DNA of 33,411 bases from a virus (Duplodnaviria; Caudoviricetes). The first letter of the stretch is position 1. Every line of letters begins with the position of its first letter. Shown piece after piece: positions 14,382 through 23,513 of the stretch. The DNA is taken from the IMG/VR virus record IMGVR_UViG_3300028585_000052, positions 1 through 33,411 of that record. One strand, given 5' to 3'. A program made the position numbers and the translations under genes. Below the pieces are notes generated by a model, which made no database searches, had not been told where the DNA came from, and was given only the letters and a program-made list of their open reading frames with translations.

Positions 14382-15845
14382 ATGCCCAACTACAGCGCCA
14401 TCAGGCAGGAGTACAGCGATGCCTTGCCCGGTTGGCAGCTGGTCAAGCGTTGCGTAGCCGGGCCGCGAGAGGTTCGCAAGTACAACGAATATCTACCCAT
14501 GCCTGACCCGCTGAATCAGTCGCCCGAGAACATCGCGCGGTATGAGCAGCTGAAGAAACGGGCAATGTTCCTCAACGTCACCGGTCGCACGCGTACCGGC
14601 CTGCTGGGGGCGGTGTTCCGCAAGACGGCGGAGATCGAGCTGCCGTCAGCCATCGACTACCTGATCGAAAACGTCAGCGGTGACGGCTCAAGCCTTGAGC
14701 AGCTGTGCAAGGAAGCAACCGGCGAATGCCTCGATACTGGTCGCGGCGGGCTGCTGGTGGACTTCCCAAAGGTTGAGCTGCCAGAGGGCCAGACCTCGCT
14801 CACTGTCGCCCAGGCTGCGAATGCACGCGCCTACATTCACTTCTACCCAGCCGAGAGCATCGTCAACTGGCGCGAGGATGTGATCGACGGCGTGCGCCGG
14901 CTGACGCTGGTGGTGCTGCACGAAAAGATCAACGAGGCCACGCAGGACGGGTTCGAGTTCACCGCCAAGGATCAATATCGCGCGCTGATGCTGATCGGCG
15001 GCAAGTACGTGCAGCGCGTGTACACGGAAGACACCCCGGACGGCGTAGAGTCGAACCCGACTGACAAGACTGGAAAGGCCTTCGACCACATCCCGTTTCA
15101 CTTCTTTGGCTCCCAGAATAACGACGCCAGTATCGATAAGGCGCCGCTGGAAGACCTGGCCGAGGTGAACATCCTTCACTACGGCAACAGCGCCACGGTG
15201 GAAGAGGCGGGCTTTATCAGTTCGCAGCCAACGCTGTTCATCACCACGGATATTCAGCCTGACGAGTTCCTCAAGCTGAACCCGAACGGGATGCACATCG
15301 GCTCGCGCCGTGGCCACAACCTCGGCAAGCAAGGCTCCGCCGTCATGCTGCAGGCCAAGGAAACGCAGCTGGCCCGCGAGCTGATGAAGGACAAAGAAGA
15401 TCAGATGCTCATGATCGGCGCTCGCATCGTCCAGCAGGGCGGTGGCGCCGAGACGGCAGAGGCTGTTCGCATCCGCTACAGCTCGGATAACTCGGTGCTT
15501 GGGACGATCGCCGGCAACGTATCCGAGACTGTGCGGCTGTCCCTGTTCGATGCCCAGCGCTTCATGATGGACACGGTCGACGAGAACGGAACCGTCTTCT
15601 GGCTCAATCAGGAGTTCTTCGACCAGGTCATGGACGCGCAGTCGATCCTGGCTCAGATGCAGCTCTGGCAACAGGGCATCATCGCCAAGAAAGACTTGCG
15701 CACGAACCTGCGACAGGCTGGTGTGCTTGAGTCTGACCGCACCGACGACGACATCGACGACGATCGCGAGGGCGAAGCGCCAGTGCCGGGTAGCGAAGAC
15801 GACCCGCTGAAACCGAACGAGCCGCCAGAGGTGAATGATGAGTAG
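14382..15845 (+). CDS. Portal protein (DUF4055-type)
   Basis: Follows terL; YLP...Y....KRA.F.NVT.RT..GL.G.VFRK motif; 487 aa. Confidence 0.9.
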   Translation: MPNYSAIRQEYSDALPGWQLVKRCVAGPREVRKYNEYLPMPDPLNQSPENIARYEQLKKRAMFLNVTGRTRTGLLGAVFRKTAEIELPSAIDYLIENVSGDGSSLEQLCKEATGECLDTGRGGLLVDFPKVELPEGQTSLTVAQAANARAYIHFYPAESIVNWREDVIDGVRRLTLVVLHEKINEATQDGFEFTAKDQYRALMLIGGKYVQRVYTEDTPDGVESNPTDKTGKAFDHIPFHFFGSQNNDASIDKAPLEDLAEVNILHYGNSATVEEAGFISSQPTLFITTDIQPDEFLKLNPNGMHIGSRRGHNLGKQGSAVMLQAKETQLARELMKDKEDQMLMIGARIVQQGGGAETAEAVRIRYSSDNSVLGTIAGNVSETVRLSLFDAQRFMMDTVDENGTVFWLNQEFFDQVMDAQSILAQMQLWQQGIIAKKDLRTNLRQAGVLESDRTDDDIDDDREGEAPVPGSEDDPLKPNEPPEVNDE

Positions 15846-16881
15846 TGAGGGCTACCTGACGGATGCCACCACTCGGCACCAGGTGTACGTCCAGCGATAC
15901 GCCGGCGGCAACCTGAAGCGGGTGGCGTCATTCATCAGCAAGGCCATCAACACGGCAAAGGCTCGCGTGGCGGCAGGACTGAGCGCCTACGGCACGCGTC
16001 GGTACACCTCGCAGATAGAAACGCTCCAGGGCGATCTGCGGGGCATCTATGACGACATGAAGGGCAGGGCGCAGCTGGACCTCGGCGAGTTCGCAGTCTA
16101 CGAGGCTGAGTTCAACGGCAAAATGCTGGGCAAGGTCATCAAGGCCGTCGTGCAGTTCAACGTGCCATCGGCTGAGATGGTGAGCGCGGCGGCACTGGCT
16201 GACCCGATGCTGCTGGAGGCCCGCAAGGGCGTTCAACGGATCAGCATCAGCGGTGCGCTCGATCAGTTCGGGACTAAGAAGGCAGCCGAGATCATCGGCG
16301 AGATTCAAATCGGTTCCAGCCTGGGCGAGACCAGCCAGCAGATCGGCCGGCGCCTCACCAGCATCCACCAGCTGCATCAGGATCAGGTCTCGTCGCTCGT
16401 TCGCACCATGACCAACCATGTCGCCAGCACGGCGCGCATGGAGACGCTCAAGGCTAACGACGACATCCTGCAGGGCTGGCGTTGGATCTCCACGCTCGAC
16501 AGCAAGACCAGCGCCATGTGTCAGGCGAGGGATCAGCACATCTACGGATGGGGCGACCCCAAGCCGCCCGGCCATTGGAATTGCCGATCGAGCGCGCTGC
16601 CCGTGCTGAAAGATCAGTTTGCACGCGAGATTCCTGGATCTACACGGCCATCAATCGGCCCTGAAGGCGTCACGCTGGTATCCAGCAAGACGAGCTATCA
16701 GGAGTGGCTCTCGCGCCAGCCTGCTGCCTTCCAGCGAGACATCCTCGGCCCGAACCGCTACGCGCTCTTTACCAAGGGCGAGCTGACGCTGGAGAAGTTC
16801 GTGGATGACAACGGCAAGACGCTGACCCTTCAGCAATTGAAAGACCTTGAGCCGCTGGCTTTCGAGCGAGCAGGGCTCTGA
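15838..16881 (+). CDS. Minor head / head morphogenesis protein (SPP1 gp7, Mu F family)
   Basis: W.STLD.KTS..C..RD...PP.HWNCRS motif. Confidence 0.9.
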   Translation: MSSEGYLTDATTRHQVYVQRYAGGNLKRVASFISKAINTAKARVAAGLSAYGTRRYTSQIETLQGDLRGIYDDMKGRAQLDLGEFAVYEAEFNGKMLGKVIKAVVQFNVPSAEMVSAAALADPMLLEARKGVQRISISGALDQFGTKKAAEIIGEIQIGSSLGETSQQIGRRLTSIHQLHQDQVSSLVRTMTNHVASTARMETLKANDDILQGWRWISTLDSKTSAMCQARDQHIYGWGDPKPPGHWNCRSSALPVLKDQFAREIPGSTRPSIGPEGVTLVSSKTSYQEWLSRQPAAFQRDILGPNRYALFTKGELTLEKFVDDNGKTLTLQQLKDLEPLAFERAGL

Positions 16882-16898
16882 CAAAGAACCACACAAAC

Positions 16899-16922
16899 GA
16901 CCGGCCTTGAGCCGGTTTTTTA
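16899..16922 (+). terminator. Intrinsic terminator
   Basis: ACCGGC-cttga-GCCGGTTTTTT. Confidence 0.75.
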
Positions 16923-16963
16923 TGCCTGAGGCTGAGCCAACGGCAAATCATCCGGGGGATGAC

Positions 16964-17659
16964 ATGAAGTACAAGATCAGCAAGGCGGAATACGAAGCGC
17001 TCGATGCGGCCATGCAGGTGCTCTACAAGGCGATGGGCGATGACTTCGTCCTGAGCGTTGAGGGCCTGCCCACCGGTGGCGAGGATCTGGAAGGCCTGAA
17101 GCGCCAGAACCAGACGCTGCTGGACGAGGCCAAGGAGGCTAAGCGACTGAGGCGTGAGGCTGACGAGAAGCTCGAGCGCGAAAAGCTTGACGCCGCCAAG
17201 GCGAAGGGCGACTTCGAGCAGCTGTATGCAAGCAGCGAACAGGCCCTTGCGGCCGAACGTGCACGCCTTGCCGAGCTGACCACCAGCATCGAGCGGCGCG
17301 ACCTGACGTCGGCAGCCTCGAAGGTTTCCAGCAGCATCGCCGACGGCGAGAACGCCGAGATCCTGGCTGAGTTCGTCCAGCGCCGCCTTAAGATCGTAGA
17401 GGGCCAGGTCAAGGTCACGGATGCCGCCGGCAACCTGACCATCGCCACTCTCGAAGACCTGGCCAAAGAATTCCAGCAAGCGCCGCGCTACGCAGCATTG
17501 GTGCGCGGCACGCAAGCGAACGGCGGCGGGGCTGCCGGGGGTAAGGGTGGCGGGGCCACCAAAACGTGGGACCAAATGACCGGCATGGAGCGCGTAGAGC
17601 TTCGCCGAACCAACCCCGCCGAGCACGCGCGCATGAAAGCCGCTGCTGAGGCCAAGTAA
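16964..17659 (+). CDS. Capsid scaffolding protein
   Basis: Coiled-coil, charged, Gly-rich near C-terminus; directly before major capsid gene. Confidence 0.8.
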   Translation: MKYKISKAEYEALDAAMQVLYKAMGDDFVLSVEGLPTGGEDLEGLKRQNQTLLDEAKEAKRLRREADEKLEREKLDAAKAKGDFEQLYASSEQALAAERARLAELTTSIERRDLTSAASKVSSSIADGENAEILAEFVQRRLKIVEGQVKVTDAAGNLTIATLEDLAKEFQQAPRYAALVRGTQANGGGAAGGKGGGATKTWDQMTGMERVELRRTNPAEHARMKAAAEAK

Positions 17660-17673
17660 AAGGAAAATCAGCA

Positions 17674-18690
17674 ATGCCAACCATTCTCTCGGACGTCGTG
17701 TTCCGCGATGAGCTGCGCGACTACATCACCGTCAACAGCGTAGAGCGCACCGCGTTCTTCGAATCCGGCATCCTGACCAGCAACTCGGATATGTCCACGC
17801 TGCTGGCAAGCCCGTCCAACACCTTCACCATTCCGTGGTGGGTTGACCTGGACGCGTCCATCGAGCCGAACTACTCGAACGACGTGTACACCGACATCGC
17901 GGTACCGCTGTCGGTCACCAGTGCCTCCATGCAGGCGCGCGCCGCGTACCTCAACGAAGGTTTCAACTGCATGAACTTGGTGAAGAACATCACCAATCAG
18001 GATCCGCTCGAGTTCGTGGCCGGCCGCATGCTGAGCTACTGGCGCAAGCAGGCCCAGCGCCGTGCTATTGCCACGGTTGTGGGTATCTACAACGACAACG
18101 TGGCCAGCAACGGCGGCGACATGGTTGTGGACGCCGGCGGCACCATCAGCGCTGCTGCCATCATCCGCGCCAAGGCAACCATGGGCGATTACTCCGGCCA
18201 ACTGGGCGGCCTGAGCGTCATCGCCATGCACTCCGTTGTGCAAACCGAGCTGCAGATCCTCAACCTGATCGACTTCACGCCGATCGCTGACCAGACTCCC
18301 GAATTCGGCCGCTTCCAGGGCATGCGCGTTGTGGTGGATGACGGCATGCCGGTCATTGCTGGCACGCCGAATAAGTACCTGTCCGTGATCTTCGGGCCGG
18401 GTGCACTGGGCTTCGCTGAAGACACCCCGCCGGGCGAAGACGGTCTCGAGTACGACCGCACGCCGGATCGCGGTAACGGTGGTGGTGCTGAAACGCTGTG
18501 GAGTCGCCGTGACTTCGTGGTGCACCCGCTGGGCTACTCGTTCCTGAGCACCACCATCACTGGCACCCCGACCACCACGCGGCCGATCTCGGCGAACTGG
18601 GCTGACTTGGCACTGGCCACCAACTGGGAGCGCAAGTTCGCTCGTAAGCAGGTGCCGCTGGCGTTCATCACTTCCACTGTATCGGCTTGA
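17674..18690 (+). CDS. Major capsid protein
   Basis: 338 aa after scaffold; AFFESGI, IAMHS, VVVDDGMP, RGNGGG.E.L.SRR...VHP.GYSF motifs of coat proteins. Confidence 0.9.
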   Translation: MPTILSDVVFRDELRDYITVNSVERTAFFESGILTSNSDMSTLLASPSNTFTIPWWVDLDASIEPNYSNDVYTDIAVPLSVTSASMQARAAYLNEGFNCMNLVKNITNQDPLEFVAGRMLSYWRKQAQRRAIATVVGIYNDNVASNGGDMVVDAGGTISAAAIIRAKATMGDYSGQLGGLSVIAMHSVVQTELQILNLIDFTPIADQTPEFGRFQGMRVVVDDGMPVIAGTPNKYLSVIFGPGALGFAEDTPPGEDGLEYDRTPDRGNGGGAETLWSRRDFVVHPLGYSFLSTTITGTPTTTRPISANWADLALATNWERKFARKQVPLAFITSTVSA

Positions 18691-18737
18691 CCGATGGCTG
18701 GCCCCTTCGGGGGCTGGCGAATTTGAAGGAGAAAATC

Positions 18738-19283
18738 ATGCCAGTCGTAAAAGACCATCACATCGACCCCGAGCTGAAGGCGCGTTGGGGGTTCGGCGGC
18801 ACTGAAGGGAACATCACCGTGGGGCCGGAAACTGTTGGCGAAACCGGTGGTGTTGAACATGCGCGCACTCGCAATGAAAGCGGTGCCGGGCGTAACGCTG
18901 GGAGCGGTTCGCAAGCAACGCAGGAAGCCATTCAGCTCGACGCGGTAAATGCTCTGGCCGCTGGCCTTGAAGCGGGCGTGCTGAACCCTGTTGAAGGCGA
19001 AGGCCCAGCGATGCGCCTGTATCAGGCCCTGACCGGCATTCAGTCGGGCATGCAGAATCTTGCCGACGCCCGCGACGCCGCTGTGAGCAAGTCCGAAGAG
19101 CTGCAGAAGCAGGTCGATGACTTGCTGGCGCAGGCAGATAAAGAACGCTTGGCGGCCGGCGCCGACCAGCTCGACGAACTGACCGTCGTGCAGATCAAGG
19201 AACAGCTCGACGCTAAGGGCGTGACCTACAAGGTCAACGACTCGAAGCCTGAGCTGCTCGCTCTGCTGAAGGCCAACCAGTAA
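18738..19283 (+). CDS. Hypothetical head-region protein with C-terminal HeH/LEM-like domain
   Basis: LTVVQIKEQLDAKGVTY.....KPELLALL; AAGGAG SD. Confidence 0.75.
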   Translation: MPVVKDHHIDPELKARWGFGGTEGNITVGPETVGETGGVEHARTRNESGAGRNAGSGSQATQEAIQLDAVNALAAGLEAGVLNPVEGEGPAMRLYQALTGIQSGMQNLADARDAAVSKSEELQKQVDDLLAQADKERLAAGADQLDELTVVQIKEQLDAKGVTYKVNDSKPELLALLKANQ

Positions 19284-19323
19284 CACCCGGGGCTTCGGCC
19301 CCACTCATTCAAGCGGAGGCCTG

Positions 19324-19713
19324 ATGGCTACCTACATCACCGTGGCGGACGTTGACGCCATCCTCGGGGCTTCGTGGGCTCCAGATGACAAGAAGACCCG
19401 GGCGGTGTTGCAGGCGAATGCCTATCTGACTTCGCTCAACCTGGTCGGTGTCGATATGGACGCCATTCCTGAAGAGGTGAAGCAGGCCGGCGCCGAACTG
19501 GCGGTTGTCGCTTCTGAGGGGAAGCTGTACCAGCAGCACACCGAGGGATCGCTGGAAGCCAAGACGGTGAAGGCCGGATCGGTGACCACCAGCAAGACGT
19601 TCGCCTCGATCGACACCAACAAATCCACTGCGCTGCCCGATGGCGTCCAGTTCGCGCTGGGGCTGCTCGCGCCATGGCGTGCCAGCGGCTTCAGCTTCAA
19701 CGTGTACAGGTGA
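19324..19713 (+). CDS. Head-tail adaptor protein
   Basis: YITVADVD...A.AYL...IPEEVK.A..ELA...LL.PW pattern and position. Confidence 0.75.
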   Translation: MATYITVADVDAILGASWAPDDKKTRAVLQANAYLTSLNLVGVDMDAIPEEVKQAGAELAVVASEGKLYQQHTEGSLEAKTVKAGSVTTSKTFASIDTNKSTALPDGVQFALGLLAPWRASGFSFNVYR

Positions 19714-19716
19714 CCC

Positions 19717-20076
19717 ATGGGCCTACGTGAAGAGATCCAGGCGGATCTGGCTGAGGCCTTCGACACTGATCTGGCCGACGCTGTGCAGCCATTCAGTGGC
19801 GGCGTGACTCTGCCTGGAACGTGGGATCCGGTCACTGAGGCGGCGGGCGACCCTGTTGTGATCGCCTACACCGGCAGGGGCGTGTTCGACGCCTTCAAGA
19901 TTGCACAGGTCGACGGCGTGAACATCCGCGCTACCGACCAACTGCTGATCGCGCTGACCAACGAAACGATCGGCGGCACCCCGGACATCGGCCACAAGAT
20001 CAACGATTTCGACGTGGTAAACGTCCAGACCGACCCGGCCGGCGCCCATTACGAGATCCAGCTGAGGAAAGTCTGA
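19717..20076 (+). CDS. Head closure / head-tail joining protein
   Basis: Position; G.WDPVT, I..TD..L and C-terminal Y.IQLRK beta-rich pattern. Confidence 0.7.
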   Translation: MGLREEIQADLAEAFDTDLADAVQPFSGGVTLPGTWDPVTEAAGDPVVIAYTGRGVFDAFKIAQVDGVNIRATDQLLIALTNETIGGTPDIGHKINDFDVVNVQTDPAGAHYEIQLRKV

Positions 20077-20651
20077 TGACGAACAAGGCGGGTTGGAGCC
20101 ATAGCCTCACGGACTTCGCCGATCAGGCTGGCGAGGACATCACCCAGATGGCGCGCGTTATCGCGACCGCCATGCTCACGGAGGTGGTGAATCGCTCGCC
20201 GGTGGGAAACCCTGACCTGTGGCAGGCCAACGTGGCGCTGCGCACAAAGAACGTGGCGCTGGCGGATGCCTACGACGCGAACGTCGACGCCCGTAACGCG
20301 GCGCGCACCGGTGGGCGAGCCTTCAAGAAGCTGACCAAGCGCGAGCGCGAAGAGAACTACTTCGTCAAAGCGCAGGCGGCGGGGAAGGGGTACATCGGCG
20401 GCACGTTCCGAGGCAGTCACCTGGTATCGATCGGCGCGCCAGACTTTACCGTGACCGACAACATCGACCCGTCCGGCCGCGAAACGATCAGCAAGGGGAG
20501 CATGCTCATCAAAGCATCGGGCCAGTTTCCCGTCATCTACATCCAAACGAACAGCCCCTACGGCGAGATGCTGGAGCTGGGGCATTCCACGCAGGCGCCC
20601 GGCGGGGTTTATGACCTCGCATTCATTGGAGTATCCGAGGCCTACAAATGA
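20076..20651 (+). CDS. HK97 gp10-like tail completion protein
   Basis: RSPVG...G.FR.S...N.PY...LE.GHS.QAP.G motifs. Confidence 0.8.
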   Translation: MTNKAGWSHSLTDFADQAGEDITQMARVIATAMLTEVVNRSPVGNPDLWQANVALRTKNVALADAYDANVDARNAARTGGRAFKKLTKREREENYFVKAQAAGKGYIGGTFRGSHLVSIGAPDFTVTDNIDPSGRETISKGSMLIKASGQFPVIYIQTNSPYGEMLELGHSTQAPGGVYDLAFIGVSEAYK

Positions 20652-21043
20652 CATTCGAGCAGATCAGGGCGCTCATCACCGCGCGCATGGCGGCCTTCAC
20701 TGGCATTGATCAGGCGCGGATCGATTACCCGAACCAGCCGGAGGTGTTCACGCCGCCGGCGACCGGCCTCTGGTGCCGGCTGAATATTCAATACGCCTCG
20801 GCCTTCATGGCCGGCATGGCCGATCGGCCGCACACCCGCAAGCCCGGGCAGGTCAGCATCCAGTGCTTCGCCCGAGAGCGCACCGGCACCAAGGCCATCA
20901 ACGAACTGGCCGATGCGCTTGAAGCGCACTTCGCCTACTGGATGTCCGGCGATCTGGAATGCATGGAAGCCAGCCAGGTGGTCGCCGGCGAGTTCGAGGG
21001 ATTCTACCAAATTAACGTCAACATCCGGTTTCGCGCCGGCTGA
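20648..21043 (+). CDS. Tail terminator protein
   Basis: I.YPN...F.PP....W.R...G...IQ.F.....G......LAD.L...F pattern; precedes tube gene. Confidence 0.78.
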   Translation: MTFEQIRALITARMAAFTGIDQARIDYPNQPEVFTPPATGLWCRLNIQYASAFMAGMADRPHTRKPGQVSIQCFARERTGTKAINELADALEAHFAYWMSGDLECMEASQVVAGEFEGFYQINVNIRFRAG

Positions 21044-21051
21044 GAGGGAAA

Positions 21052-21534
21052 ATGCATAGCGCAAATTATGTGCCGGGTATCTCCGGCTGGAAGCTCCACA
21101 AGAACGGAAGCCTTGAATTCAAATCGTCCGGCGACCCGTGCCTGTCTAGTGTAGGAAAAGAGGAGCCGCCAAAGCCGTTTATCGTCGTCGACGGCGTGAC
21201 GTACATGCGTCAGGAATCGAGCAGCGAATCCAGCACTGAGAAGCCGAAGTTGACCCCGCAGTGGACCGTTAAGCTCGAGCTGCTCAACGGCCAGTATGTG
21301 GCTGCCGGTATTGGGCTGGGTATTGCCTCGCAGTTTCTGGTGAGCGCGGATCGCTTCGCAGTCAACGATCGAGATGCTGAGCAAATCCTCGAAGAGCTCG
21401 AAGGCCGCATTTCCCAGACGGAGCTTGTCAGTGCGATGGCTGCGCAGGCTGAGCAAATCAAGCCCATTGCCGAAACCGTTCGCGAAGTCCTCCGCGAGGA
21501 GCTCCAGCCTGGCGGGATCCTGCACCGCAAGTAA
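21052..21534 (+). CDS. Inserted gene: concatemer of J tail-tip motifs (DUF1983-like) plus tape-measure-like C-terminus
   Basis: Four segments match this phage's J in reverse order; followed by its own terminator; interrupts the usual terminator-tube adjacency. Confidence 0.85.
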   Translation: MHSANYVPGISGWKLHKNGSLEFKSSGDPCLSSVGKEEPPKPFIVVDGVTYMRQESSSESSTEKPKLTPQWTVKLELLNGQYVAAGIGLGIASQFLVSADRFAVNDRDAEQILEELEGRISQTELVSAMAAQAEQIKPIAETVREVLREELQPGGILHRK

Positions 21535-21555
21535 CCAGCCCATTGGGCCAGCCAA

Positions 21556-21579
21556 CCCCGCCTTGAGCGGGTTTTTTTA
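21556..21579 (+). terminator. Intrinsic terminator
   Basis: CCCGC-cttga-GCGGG-TTTTTTT. Confidence 0.8.
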
Positions 21580-21601
21580 TGCCCGCGAATAGGAGGCTCC
21601 A

Positions 21602-22522
21602 ATGAGCTCTGGCGCAAAAGTTGTAAGCCACATCATTGCGGAGGTGACGCCCGGCGTTACTCCCACCGGCACCTGGGACACGCTGCGCCTCACCGGCAAC
21701 GCGTTGACCCCAACCGTCAATACCGAAGTCAGCGACGAAATCACCGACACCCGCCTGAGCCAAGGCTCGGTGGCCACCAGCATCGATATCGGCGGCGATC
21801 TGACGGCCGAGTTCTCGTTCGGCTCGTTCGACCAGTTGCTCGAAGCTGCCTTCTACGGCGTGTGGACGGCTGACGTGCTGCGCGTAGGCGATACCCGTCA
21901 CACCTTCAGCATCGCCAAGGGCTACAACGACGTCGGCGTCTATGGCGTGTTCAAGGGCGCGCACGTCTCGACCTTCGCGCTGGACATCCCGTCCGAAGGC
22001 AAGGTGACCGCCACCTTCAACATGGCGTGTCTGGACTACACCGACGGCGACACCCCGATCGTCGTTTCACCGAACGCGCCGACCACCACGCCGTTCCTGT
22101 CGAACAACAACGTCGGCACGATCCTGGTGAACGGCCAGTCGCTGGAAGGCGTGGCCTGCGTATCGGCCATGACCGTGAACCTGGACAACAGCTTGCAGAC
22201 TCAGCGCTGCCTTGGCTCTGATCGCCTGGGCCCTGGTGCGCACATCGCCACCGAGGCGGCGGTCACCGGCAGCATCACGCTGGCCTGGTCGAAGCGCGCC
22301 TGGGAGATCTGGAAGAACACCTTCACCCGGACGCCGATCGCAGTTGTCTTCCCGATCACCGACTCGCTGGGCAACAAGTACACGTTCAACTTCCCGGCTG
22401 TGGAAGTGGACGGCGAACTGCCGAACGGCGGTAAGCGCGACCTGATCGAGGTCACGCTGAACTACACCGTCGCCAAACTCAGCCCGACCATCACCCGCGA
22501 AGCGGCTGATCCAACCCCGTAA
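21602..22522 (+). CDS. Major tail tube protein
   Basis: E.T.G.TP...W..LR.T...L......S.EI...R pattern; 306 aa; precedes chaperones. Confidence 0.88.
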   Translation: MSSGAKVVSHIIAEVTPGVTPTGTWDTLRLTGNALTPTVNTEVSDEITDTRLSQGSVATSIDIGGDLTAEFSFGSFDQLLEAAFYGVWTADVLRVGDTRHTFSIAKGYNDVGVYGVFKGAHVSTFALDIPSEGKVTATFNMACLDYTDGDTPIVVSPNAPTTTPFLSNNNVGTILVNGQSLEGVACVSAMTVNLDNSLQTQRCLGSDRLGPGAHIATEAAVTGSITLAWSKRAWEIWKNTFTRTPIAVVFPITDSLGNKYTFNFPAVEVDGELPNGGKRDLIEVTLNYTVAKLSPTITREAADPTP

Positions 22523-22530
22523 ACCCCTTT

Positions 22531-22572
22531 GGCTCCCTCGGTTCAAACGCCGGCCGGGGGAGCCCTTTTATT
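22531..22572 (+). terminator. Terminator after tube gene
   Basis: GGCTCCC...GGGAGCC followed by CTTTTATT. Confidence 0.6.
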
Positions 22573-22594
22573 GGCGCGGCGTTGAGGAATTGAA

Positions 22595-23080
22595 ATGGCT
22601 CTGCAACTGGGCAAGAAGAAGCCGGCGATCGCTGGTCAGCGCTGGGCGAAGTTCGACGACGACACCAAGATCCTGCTCGCCAGCATCGACAATCCTGAAT
22701 ATCAAGTCGCCCTTGAGCGCATGCGCCGCCGCATTCAGCGCAATGACGCGCGGTTTGAGGAGGGACAGGTGGGCGTGGTCGCCGGCGAAATGACCGAGCA
22801 CCAGAACCACGCAATGCTGCTCAGCCACTTCATCGTGAAGGACTGGGAAGGCGTGCTGGATGCCGAGGGCCGCCCGATCAAATACAGCCCATCAGTGGCC
22901 GCCGAACTGCTGGAAAACAACATCGAGTTCTTCATCTTCGTGCTGCGTGAAGGTGCGCTGGCGGCCAACGATGCCGCCGAAGAGCGAGCCGAGTCGGTGG
23001 GAAAGCCCTTGCCCGCTTCGAGTGGGAGCAAGAGTGGGGCGGGGAAAGCGAAAAGCGCAGGGCGGTCTACTCGCGCCTGA
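22595..23080 (+). CDS. Tail assembly chaperone (gpG analogue)
   Basis: Between tube and tape measure; IVKDWEGV.D..G..I.YS motif; slippery site near 3' end. Confidence 0.85.
   Translation: MALQLGKKKPAIAGQRWAKFDDDTKILLASIDNPEYQVALERMRRRIQRNDARFEEGQVGVVAGEMTEHQNHAMLLSHFIVKDWEGVLDAEGRPIKYSPSVAAELLENNIEFFIFVLREGALAANDAAEERAESVGKPLPASSGSKSGAGKAKSAGRSTRA
22999..23005 (+). other. Programmed -1 frameshift site G GGA AAG
   Basis: Same heptamer as lambda G/T, in correct phase; -1 frame open (ALARFEWEQEWGGESEKRRAVYSRLKMAIP...) to 23322, giving a 242-aa fusion. Confidence 0.88.
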
Positions 23081-23322
23081 AGATGGCCATCCCGGGCGAG
23101 CCTGAGAATGACCCGCTGACCGCCTACCTGCTCAACCTGTACCGGAACGTGTCTCGCGGCCGCCGGTACATCGCCGGCATGGCCGGGGCGTTCCCGCTGC
23201 CGCTCTCGGCGCGGGAGATATCTGACTGGCTGGAATCGCATCCGTCACCGCTGCCGCGCGATGAGATAGACGACGTGATTTTTGCGCTGGATACGGTGTG
23301 CTTGGCCGGTGCCGACGAGTAA
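23005..23322 (+). CDS. gpT-analogue extension of the tail chaperone, made by frameshift
   Basis: -1 frame continuous with ORF 23083-23322; SRGRRY...PLPLS..EI...I.ALD motif. Confidence 0.82.
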   Translation, partial: ALARFEWEQEWGGESEKRRAVYSRLKMAIPGEPENDPLTAYLLNLYRNVSRGRRYIAGMAGAFPLPLSAREISDWLESHPSPLPRDEIDDVIFALDTVCLAGADE

Positions 23323-23357
23323 CCAACATGATGCGGCTGCGCCGCCTGGAGACACCA

Positions 23358-23513
23358 ATGAAAGATCAAAAAACGCGGGGGAGCGACTTCCCCGGCCATC
23401 AAGACGCAGGGAAGTTTCAAGACTGGCTTACTCAGAAGGTTTCCGAGACGACTCTGGCAAAAGACCTGCTATCAAAGATTCAAGCGGCAGCCGATGAGCA
23501 GACCGATCCTTAA
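23358..23513 (+). CDS. Microprotein (51 aa) carrying a J helical-motif mimic
   Basis: GGAG SD 6 nt before ATG; DAGKFQDWLTQKVSETTLAKDLLSKIQ aligns with J DVSAYLAAMAGKVGRTELGQDIVDEID. Confidence 0.65.
   Translation: MKDQKTRGSDFPGHQDAGKFQDWLTQKVSETTLAKDLLSKIQAAADEQTDP

Noticed and set aside
12785-19304. Long minus-strand ORFs (12785-13825, 14688-15671, 16769-17680, 17668-18525, 18534-19304)
   Set aside because: Antisense shadows of GC-rich structural genes; no recognisable motifs or SD.
21052-21534. DGR template repeat or invertible tail-fibre cassette explaining the J similarity
   Set aside because: No reverse transcriptase or invertase in the window; the DNA copies differ at synonymous sites rather than specifically at adenines; segments are reordered, not collinear.
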